This document shows, piece by piece, positions 54,511 through 64,000 of a stretch of DNA of 64,000 bases; within the stretch, counting starts at the first letter, position 1; each line of letters begins with the position of its first letter. Source of the stretch: Octopus vulgaris (taxonomy: Eukaryota); contig OX597830.1 of NCBI GenBank assembly GCA_951406725.2, positions 72,106,001-72,170,000 on the forward strand. The letters are read 5' to 3'. The position numbers were made by a program, and so were the translations under genes. The notes beneath the pieces were generated by a model that saw only the letters and a list, made by a program, of their open reading frames with translations, ran no database searches and was not told where the DNA came from.

Positions 54511-55559
54511 AAAAATATATATATATTCATATATATATATATATTCATATACATATACGTGTGTTTGTGTGTATGTACAATATATATATGCGTGTGTTTG
54601 TGGACATAGTGTGTGCTCGCACCTGCATACACAGAGATGACTAGGCAAGTGTTCGTGCTGTTAAGCCTGTGTACGTCGTACACACAAACAAAATGGTAGT
54701 TACATGTTAACATGCTAATTGAAATTTTATGATCATCTCTGACACTTTCAATGTTACACAGTGTCTCTTTGTGGATCGACTGTTTCTGAAACATAACCTC
54801 TCTTATCACATGTTTTGGGCTGTTAACTCTAATCTTTTTTCTTTCTTTTTTTTTTGTTTTTTGTTTTTATTATCTTATTAAATTTGTATACAAACGAAGA
54901 CTCACCATCAAGTATATTCTCATAAATTACCCTCAAGTACAACAAAAATTGTTTGCTATCTTTAATATCCTTCTTGAACAAATATACATCTATATTACTA
55001 TTGAAATTTATATATGAATGAATCTCATAGTTTTTCTATGTTTGACTGTCTGTCTATTTTAATTTTCACTATGTGTGTGTACATGTATATGTATGTACAT
55101 CTCATGAACTGTTTCAAGTATACACACGCGTGTTTCAAGTACATACACACACACACTTACATATGTATTATTTAATAACAATTTAACTCATCTGCATGCA
55201 GTTTGAAATTATGTAGGTTTTTAGAACGAATCTAATTCACAAGGAATCTGGAGATGGCTATGAAATGTTAAACCTCAATTGATCAACACGTGCCACGTGC
55301 ATTTTTCTAAGCGGAATCTTGATTAATTTCTTTATTCTAATTCGAATCCTAGGGTAGATATCGGCGGGTAGATAAGCCTTTAGCAGGGCCGCCACGTCAT
55401 TACTAGGTACACAACAGCTGCAACACACGCCTACAAAACTTCCAATATACATCCCTGCTTTCAACAGCCGAAACCCTACCACCTACCCATAGTGAGGATC
55501 TGGCCACTCAAGGGCTGTCTATAGAGCCATCCACACAGCATTCGATGGTATAAAAAAAA

Positions 55560-55845
55560 CACAATACGGGCATGACAGCCAATACTTTTAAGGGAAGTTA
55601 TACACAAAATATTCAACCCTTCGGGTACAAGTATAACGAAAGCTCCTCCATCATTTCCCGTTCCATGTGTAAACTCCTTCGCCTTAGGGACGACTTCTCA
55701 ACATCGAATGGAATATCATTGGTAGGCGCTCTCCACATTCACCTGGTATTCATAATTGCCAGTTTTCCTCCTGCAAGATACAACATATTTTCCACAAACC
55801 TGTGGTAAGAATGAACTATCTTATTGATGCCACCACAGATACGAA
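55560..55845 (+). mobile_element. Penelope-like GIY-YIG endonuclease remnant (second clade)
   Basis: GMTANTFK.SY...IEWNII...P..PG...C...KNEL...CHHR matches the YIGxT..FK.R / I.W.I / CxLC / NEL..CRH pattern. Confidence 0.75.
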
Positions 55846-55891
55846 CTGTTAGTAAACTTTAAGACTCAGTTGTCAGTTCATTTATTTCAAT

Positions 55892-56165
55892 TTGTGAGTG
55901 AATTTGGTAAACGGAAACTGAAAGAAGCCTGTCGTATATATATATATGTGTGTGTGTGTTTGTGTGTTTGTATTTTGTGTTTGTACCCCATCATCGCTTG
56001 ACAACCGATGCTGGTGTGTTTACGTCGTCGTAACTCAGCAGTTCTTCAAAAAAGAGCGATAGAATAAGTACTAGGCTTACAAAAAATAAGACCTGGGGTC
56101 GACTTGTTCGACTAAATGCGGTGCTCTAGCATGGCCGCAGTCAAATGACAAACAAATAAAAGAAT
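55892..56165 (+). mobile_element. SINE A, 5'-truncated
   Basis: GGAAACTGAAAGAAGCC...GCATGGCCGCAGTCAAATGAC. Confidence 0.9.
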
Positions 56166-56594
56166 GATGAGTCCTCTAATGCCATGTGGTCTCCCATGTC
56201 TCCTGCACCGAGTTCCAGCGTAACGTCTGTAGTACTATCAATACCAATGTCCACTGGTAGATTCTCAATGACAAGGGCTGAAACGTCTTCTTGGCATTAT
56301 AATAATATTGTCAGGTTTCAGATGCAAGGAACGCCTGACCTTGGTATGCCATGACCTTCGTGACTGTATAGCGGTACCTACTGGTTTTGAGAACGGTTTT
56401 GTTGAATGGCCTCTTTCTGTAATAAGTTAAACCTATGTGCATTTAAAATATTTTGTTTTTGTATTTTGGCAGGGAATATTTTTTATATTATTTTTGTTTC
56501 TTCCTTTGTTCACAAATCTCCGGTTTACTTTATACATACACTTTCTTACATACGTGGACACATGAACATACACATAAACACAAACTTTCTCCAA

Positions 56595-56640
56595 GACACC
56601 TGAAGAAGGCTGGAGGGTATATCAACCGAAACGTTATGTT
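56595..56640 (+). ncRNA. Minimal type I HHR-like motif
   Basis: GACAC-CTGAAGA-A-GGCTG(10 nt)CAACC-GAAA-CG-TT-ATGTT; one A.C mismatch in each of stems I and II. Confidence 0.65.
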
Positions 56641-57145
56641 AACAACAAACAAAATGAGGACAAATATCCCTCGAATGTAAATAATATAAATAATGTAAAT
56701 AATGGAATCTCTCAACTGTTCTGATATATCACGGAAACAGTTACAATCTACGAGCGGGAAACCGATTTCATATTTGCAACTCTACCAGAACGGATGTTCT
56801 TCTAGTTTAGACGCCTGACGATGTGTCTGAGGTGCGCTTGGTTATATATGCTTTCCAAGCACGTTGTTCCGGGATCAGTCACACTATGTGGCACTCAGGT
56901 GGTTGCCTTCTACTATGACCCCAGGCTGACCAGAAACATGTGATTCGATAGACGGAAAATGAAAAAGCCATCGCATATATACATACTTACACAAACGCAC
57001 ATACACACGCGCGCGCACATACTCTCATGCACACACATATATGCATGTATACATATAGGTGTTTGTGTGCATGCGGCTGTGCGTATGCCTGTGTATATTT
57101 ACCTATCTACCCAACTATCCTCTCTCTCTCTCTATCTCTCCCTGT

Positions 57146-57209
<64 letters not shown>

Positions 57210-57213
<4 letters not shown>

Positions 57214-58293
57214 TATACTAAAACTCAAAGTTTGTCTTTTTTCCTCGCCATTTGATTATGACGATAAACATTACAAATAAAATAATCCTTACCTTTTTAA
57301 GAAAACTAAATAAAGTTGGAAATGTCGACACTTCAAAGAGTCTCGTCAGCTATCGCCGTCCGTCCCTTTTTCTTACTTTCACTTGTCATCCCTTAACCAT
57401 TTATACAACTTTCGGAGTGCCGTGGACTAGAAAGATAGAAATTCTCCCTGTATTTTTATGATATATTTTTGAATCACGGATACTTAATTTTTTGTTTCTT
57501 AAACGAAAAAATTACTATTTTAATCATAATCAAAAGGCAGAAAAATTGACAGAGAGTCTATCGCTTTTTAGATGAAGATCAATTGCAATGAGAGTTGCTA
57601 AATCTCGTATGAATGGGAAAACAAACAACGACAAATGGGTTGTACCTTATACTGAAAATGTTTTAAGAGCATTCAAATGCCACCGCAACGTTGAAATCGT
57701 TTCCCCCTTGAGGACAATTACGTACATCATCAAGTACACACTGAAAGGAAATGACCGAGTGGCTGTTCAAATAAACAATGACAACGAAATGGGTAGGTAT
57801 ATTGGACAATTCGAAGCAATTGCATCCACTTTAGGATTTTCAATTCATGAAAGAGCACCTGCAATAGTAAAACCGCAAGTTCATCTACAAGATGAGCAAA
57901 GAATATTGCTCAGAAGTAATGAGGATATATATGGCTGTCAATGAACGACATGTGAGTACAACATTGACAGAATTAATTTCATTGTCCATCAATGATGACT
58001 TGGCAAACACATTACTTTAAGCTGAAGTACCCATGTATTTCATTTGAAACAATAGTTAACAAAGAATGGCAAAGAAGAAAGCGAGGGGAAAAGGTTGAAG
58101 GCCATTTGAACGTCTTCAAAGAAGAAACACTTGGTCGTGTTTATATTGTGACACCAAAAGCAGGAGAACTATATTATTTAAAAAGTTATTACATCAAGTT
58201 CGAAATAGTTTTTTTTTTTCCTTTCCCGCTGGGCATGGACATTTTCAACTTGGAGTGGTTCTGACACAACGGGTCACGACAGGTACATCAAGT
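57210..58293 (+). mobile_element. Internally deleted Helitron with RepHel fragment (57588-58200)
   Basis: KWVVPY...FKCHRNVE...IKYTLKGNDR...RYIGQFEA...FSIHERAP...VHL; WQRRKRG...LGRVYIVTP..GELYYL; ends are approximate. Confidence 0.88.
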
Positions 58294-59623
58294 ATATTTA
58301 TATATATAAAGTTAATAGTCATCAGATCGCTGCGACGGTGGGGTACCACCTTGTATTTTGTCTTTTATACACACACACACATACTTCACACACACTTGAA
58401 AACACACACACAAACACACGCACACACTCATATATACGCACATACACTCATATATACGCACACACGTGCAAAAAAGATGATAAAGTGATGTGTAACAGAA
58501 ATTATAATGTTCTATAACTAAGTTTGATATTTTCAAACGAAATGAATGAGGAACGGCATATATATAAAGTTTCTCTGTTCTTCTGCTTTGCTTTATCGCA
58601 TAGACAAGAAGTCAAGTGTGTGTGTCTGTGTGTGTGTGTTAGCTAATGTGTGTAACAATCTCTGCATGTGTGTGTGAGCGTGTGTGTGTTTGTGTGTAAG
58701 CGTGTGTTATTTGTAACATTCAGTTTTTCAAAACTATGTTTACCCTTCTTTCTACAGCTCTTTCACTAATCTTTATATGCCTTTACATAACAAATGTCAT
58801 CGCTTTCTTTGAGTTACTCGCAGAAGATGCGTCTAAATTTGAAGTAAAGCGATACGCCAGTAGATAAATTGCCTCAATGGTAGACAGTGTTAGTTAGAAT
58901 TACCATTTAACACCAGAAAAATATAGAGAAGAGCAATAAACGTTAAATTTTGAAAATCGACTGTGAGTATTAACAAACGATCAGTGTGCGGCGTTTGTGC
59001 GTGTGTGCGTGAGAGAGGCAATGAAAGAAAAACCATTTCCAAAAAGAGCCCATAATAGCCTGTTTATGGACGACATAATACTCTTTTTCACTAATTAACA
59101 GCTCGTTCGATGATCGTGACATTTAGCAATTTGATGGTTCATTAAAAACTTGCTATAAGATAAGGGGAATAACTCACCTATAAGACTTCCCCCAGTATAT
59201 AAAGTATATAAAGCTATACACGGAGAGAGAAGGAGAGAGAGAGAGAGAGAGAGAGGGACAGAGTGAAAGATGGACAGAGGAGAAGGGTGAGAGTAAGAGC
59301 AAATCGTTTATTGTTTGTAGAGAAAGAAGCGTGTCTCACAACCATTCAAGAAGTTCTGTCTGCAAGCAATTTCTATTTATGATAACAACTCCTATACACA
59401 TAAAAGAAGAAATTTATTAAGCGAAAACATTGTACAAATTTGCAAGTCATGCTAGACGAAGTCTTATTCACTTTCTTTCCTCTCGTGCAGCATATGGGAA
59501 AATTTGCTGACCAAACCAGACCAGACCAGTCTAGACCGAATGCACAGTTTTTCTGTTGCCCTTCTGTCTTCCCACTTTCTCTTCCACTATTTCTTTCTCC
59601 TCGTTCTCTGTTGCTGTCTTTCA

Positions 59624-59696
<73 letters not shown>

Positions 59697-59722
59697 CATA
59701 TATATATATATGTCTATATATG

Positions 59723-59761
<39 letters not shown>

Positions 59762-59810
59762 GGATATGTGCCTGAATGTCTAGATAAATAGACAAAGAAA
59801 TATATTTATG

Positions 59811-59872
<62 letters not shown>

Positions 59873-60082
59873 TTATGTATATAAATAAATATATATATAG
59901 TTTAAATTTACAAAAGACAAAAGACAAAGACAGGTGAGGGAAGAAATATATATACATATATACATACATACATACATATATATATATATTATATATCATG
60001 TGGTGTCAGACATGGTCGGGGACAATCTTTGGCCGACGCATATTTTAATTTTATCTAAGTTTGTATATCAACACACACACAC

Positions 60083-60134
<52 letters not shown>

Positions 60135-60136
<2 letters not shown>

Positions 60137-60661
60137 AATTATCGGTAAATGTTTTTGATTTTCACTCTCGATAAATTCATCCCCTTTTTGTGTTCCCAGC
60201 ACTTGGCATCTTTATTTAGGAGCCTTTAATTGTATAACCACATATATATATATATAATATTTTCGTCTTATGACTAATTCGTCTTTTGTGTTGGGCACCT
60301 GGTAGTAAATAATATTACTACCCTTCTTGTTTATATTCTCATACTACATGATGAATTTATTCGTAAAATTCTTCCCGGCATGCCCGTGTAAATTTTGCGT
60401 CTGCGCAGAGATTTGAAAAGTTAAGATCTACTAGTAGTTGGGTTTAACATATAGCCCCACATCGCTGCGGACCTCGATTAAATTCAGGCGACTCGCTGAT
60501 AAGCCAGCCTTAGCAAACATATTCTGTGTTTTGCTAGAAAGAAGCAGAAACCGCGGTACGAGTTGTTTAAATTATCGGTAAATGTTTTTGATTTTCACTC
60601 TCGATAAATTCATCCCCTTTTTGTGTTCCCAGCACTTGGCATCTTTATTTAGGAGCCTTTA

Positions 60662-60669
<8 letters not shown>
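60135..60669 (+). mobile_element. Retrozyme/Penelope-like unit: 433-bp period, identical 102-bp terminal direct repeats, internal HHR-like motif (60486-60568)
   Basis: 60135-60236 equals 60568-60669; AGGCGACTCG-CTGATAA-stem II-GAAA-CCGCGG-TA-CGAGTTGTTT. Confidence 0.82.
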
Positions 60670-60712
<43 letters not shown>

Positions 60713-60747
60713 AGAGAGAGAGTATTAAGTGTGATGTACAGAATTGA

Positions 60748-60940
60748 ATATTGATAAAAAATGTCAGAATTTTGGAAAAAATGCTTTTATTTGTTCATTT
60801 TTATTATCGCTTTAATTCCTCTTTAGAACATGTTAAATACAATTTTTCTGTATTTGACAAGTTCTACAGAGGAACGAAAGCGCTATAATAATGAAGAAAT
60901 GAAAGGATTTTTCCAAAAATTCTGAGTTTTTTCTCGATAT
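60748..60940. repeat. Fold-back, about 93-bp arms, 7-nt loop, containing GAAA-GCGC-TA
   Basis: TCAGAATTTTGGAAAAA...GTTAAATACA / TGTATTTGAC...TTTTTCCAAAAATTCTGA. Confidence 0.85.
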
Positions 60941-60950
60941 ATATATATAT

Positions 60951-61516
60951 ATATTAATAGTTATCGCCAAACTAATATGGCAGCCCATAAATATAAGACT
61001 AACGCTGTCGTTGAGTAGCTCCAAGAGGCTATCGCCTCTAGCTGGCTATATGACACACGAACCTGCGTCCACTACAACCTTCGAACAGGGGAGGTCAGCC
61101 GCTTCACCTTGCTGGTCAGACATCAGCAGACATGTTTCAGGGTTGTTGCCCTTTATCAATGTAGCGTAGTCAGACCCAGCAGGTATCGCTACCGACCGTC
61201 TGTTTGAAGATCTTATTTACCTAGTTTCCGTGGAATACATCCACTTGTTTTCAATAATAGAAATATTAAAATTACTAAGTCTCTCTAAAGGAGATTACGG
61301 CAGCGTTACTGGATATTAATAGTTATCGCCAAACTAATATGATTGTCCATAAATATAAGACTAAAGCTAGGTAGAGGCGATGGCATCTTGGAGCTAATCA
61401 GCGACAGCTTTAGTCTTATATTTATGGACTGCCATATTAATATGGCGATAACTATTAATATCCAGTAACGCTGCCGTAATCTCCTTTAGAAAGACTTAGT
61501 AATTTTAATATTTCTA

Positions 61517-61517
<1 letters not shown>
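60951..61517 (-). mobile_element. Penelope-like terminus: 362-bp direct repeat plus inverted repeat (61258-61378 / 61406-61517), with HHR-like motif at 61126-61162
   Basis: ATATTAATAGTTATCGCC at 60951 and 61313; minus strand ACA-TTGATAA-AGGG(CAACAA)CCCT-GAAA-CATG-TC-TGC. Confidence 0.85.
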
Positions 61518-61548
<31 letters not shown>

Positions 61549-62040
61549 CGATACTTAAGGGTTTAGCAACAAGTTGCTTGACCACATACCGAAAATTTCA
61601 TAGATAGCAGCCAAAAGATTGCTATTTCTTTTTACTACAAAATATGTCTCCACAGATAACAATTACTTGTAACTTACATAGGCAAAAAGAAGAAAAATAA
61701 TTAAATCAACCAGTCTTCGATTAATTATGGACGCATCTCTGGATTAGAATTATAAAAATTCATTTCCTTCATCGACATAATATTTCGAGAATTATAAATC
61801 TGAAAATGCTAGGAAAAAAACTTAGTTCTTGTATTTCTGACCAAGCGCCATCAGAACCAACAAAAGTTAATCAGCATATCCACATTTATATAGACAAGTG
61901 AACTCGTATTTCCCTTCAAGTTTACCATGTGCGTCACAAATATAGCACTGCAGAAAACGATCCGCAATTTTGTTATTGGGGAGTAAAATAATCATTACAG
62001 ATATAGGGTAAAAAAGTATTAATTTAATAAAATTAACAAA

Positions 62041-62086
62041 TTTTACCAAGTACTTTCGGTATGGAAAAGAACCATATTCGGTAAAA
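62041..62086 (-). ncRNA. HHR-shaped three-way motif lacking most of CUGANGA
   Basis: TTTTACC-GAA-TATGG(7 nt)CCATA-CC-GAAA-GTAC-TT-GGTAAAA. Confidence 0.45.
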
Positions 62087-62147
62087 ACGTATATATGTGT
62101 GTGTGTGACGTCCTGTACCTATATATACATATCTATATATACATATA

Positions 62148-62310
62148 TACGACGGGCTTCATTTAGTTCCGTCTATTAAATCCACTCACAGGGATTTGGT
62201 CGGCCCGAAGCTATAGTAGAATACACTTGCCCAAAGTGCCACGCAGTGGGAATGAACACGGAGCCATGTGGTTGGTAAGCATCTACTTACCACGCAGCCA
62301 CTCCTGTGCC
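62148..62310 (-). mobile_element. SINE A 5' half
   Basis: Reverse complement of 549-715. Confidence 0.88.
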
Positions 62311-62415
62311 AAATATATATTATTTATATTATTATTTGATTGAACGCCACACATGCTTTTACAAGCATATATATGCATATATATATAGTATATATATAAT
62401 ATATATATATATCAG

Positions 62416-62670
62416 GTGATCACGTGACCGATCAGGCTATCAGATGTTGCTAAACATCGCTGGTCACAATGCGTTTCGCATTGTTTTAGCCTTCAAATGA
62501 CGCCATCCCGCTGGCTAAGCGAGCAGGCCAACAGAAGACAGAGTGAGAGAAAGTTGTGGTGAAAGAGTACAGCAGGGATCGCCACCACCCCCTGCCAGAG
62601 CCTCGTGGAGCCTTAGGTGTTTTCTTTGCGCAATAAACACTCATCAATTTCTTCTTTAGCCCGGTCTGGG
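62416..62670 (-). mobile_element. Repeat family D (SINE-like, head missing)
   Basis: Shares about 105 bp with 9506-9612. Confidence 0.75.
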
Positions 62671-62800
62671 GAGGCATATGGGACGGTCGGACAACCGTTT
62701 TGAGAAAATTTGGTTTAAATGTTTGACAACTACAGCACTGTCTAGTGGACAGGTGTTGCTCGTATATATATATATATATATATGTATGTATATATATATA

Positions 62801-62845
<45 letters not shown>

Positions 62846-62850
<5 letters not shown>

Positions 62851-63202
62851 CAAAGGTAAAAAATCAACAAACGGAAATCGTCAGAACATAACAAGCAGGA
62901 AACGGACGATAGCGCAACAACGGCAAACATGGACAATACAAGATACATGGATCATTCGCAGCCAATTGCTTCCTCAGTCGGAGTCTGGAATGTCCACGTA
63001 GTTTCGCCCAATCCTCTCCCATACTACTCGAAACCAGTTGGACCAAGGGCTTAAGCTGAGGGAATTAAGCCCTTGAGCAAGGCAAATGAATGCAGATATA
63101 CGTGTATCCTGTTTTGTCGTGTTTGCCTTTGTTGTGTTATCGCCCTTTTCCTCCATTTTATGTTTTGACGAATTCCCCTGTTGTTCTTTACCGTTGATTT
63201 AT
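62846..63202 (-). mobile_element. Family Y fold-back element (arms about 62846-62949 / 63101-63202) enclosing permuted HHR-like motif 62949-63027
   Basis: Inverted arms visible; inner hairpin CAAGGGCTTAA/TTAAGCCCTTG; core spacing identical to family X. Confidence 0.75.
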
Positions 63203-63263
63203 CCATGCGGCACTACGTACAATTGCGTGCTTACTCTCACCCACATTTGTATGACTCACACTA

Positions 63264-63413
63264 AGTAAGTAAATTGGTTACCAACCACATGGTTCCGGGT
63301 TCAGTCCCACTGCGTGGCAACTTGGGCAGATGTCTTCTACTATAGCCTCGATCCGACTAAAGCCTTGTAAGTGGATTTGATAGACGGAAACTGGAAGAAG
63401 CCCGTCGTATATG

Positions 63414-63458
<45 letters not shown>

Positions 63459-63822
63459 ATACGTGTGTGTATGTATGCGTGTGTATATATATATACATAT
63501 GTATGTATGTATGTATTTATATATGTATGTATGTGTGTATATGTTTGTGTATATGTATGTGTTTATATATGTATGTGTGTATATATGTATGTGTGTGTAT
63601 ATGTATGTATGTGTATATGTTTGTGTGTCTGTTTTTCCCCCCAGCATCGCTTGACATCTGATGCTGGTGTGTTTACGTTTCCGTAATCTAGCGGTTCGGC
63701 AAAAGAGACCGATAAAATAAGTTGTACGCTTACAAAGAATAAGACCTGGGGTCGATTTGCTCGACTATAAATGCGGTGGTCCAGCATGGCGGCAGTCAAA
63801 TGAGTGAAAAAAGTAAAAGAGA
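63264..63822 (+). mobile_element. SINE A with expanded internal microsatellite
   Basis: Head 63264-63408, about 215 bp of (TA)/(TATG), tail 63625-63822. Confidence 0.9.
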
Positions 63823-63850
63823 GTATATGTACATATATATACACACACAT

Positions 63851-63883
<33 letters not shown>

Positions 63884-63941
63884 CAGATAGATAGATAGAT
63901 ATATATATATATATATATATATATAGATATATAGATATATT

Positions 63942-64000
<59 letters not shown>

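Noticed and set aside
55825-55827. In-frame TGA next to Cys in the Penelope-like endonuclease as selenocysteine
   Set aside because: It is not at a Cys position (it precedes the C of the CxH motif), the element is frameshifted, and CGA/AGA decay is simpler.

Overview
AT-rich, microsatellite-saturated eukaryotic DNA, most likely an intronic or intergenic stretch of an octopus (coleoid cephalopod) genome; this is inferred from recalled tRNA-headed SINE families and (TA)/(CA)/(GATA)/(TACA) density, not from a database search. No intact host protein-coding gene is visible, and almost all ORF-track entries are microsatellite artefacts. Only two splice-bounded exon candidates (13568-13777, 46374-46420) and one promoter-like motif cluster (about 5950-6580) stand out. 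The rest is mobile DNA: four SINE families (called A-D here, more than 30 copies), three decayed Tc1/mariner transposases (DD37D/maT-like, DD34D mariner, DD41D/rosa-like), a Helitron, RTE LINE pieces and two Penelope-like GIY-YIG remnants. The hidden signal is a diverse set of about a dozen hammerhead-ribozyme (HHR)-like motifs in small non-coding, fold-back or partially tandem elements that abut (TA)n (Penelope/retrozyme-like). Each family has its own palindromic stem-III code. Most striking, two sequence-divergent families (38605, 48003, 62971) carry HHR core segments in an order (III'-UH-I, then II'-GAAA-III, then I'-CUGANGA-II) that is not any of the three circular permutations, with identical spacing and covarying stem I. 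All structures were read by eye and activity is untested.
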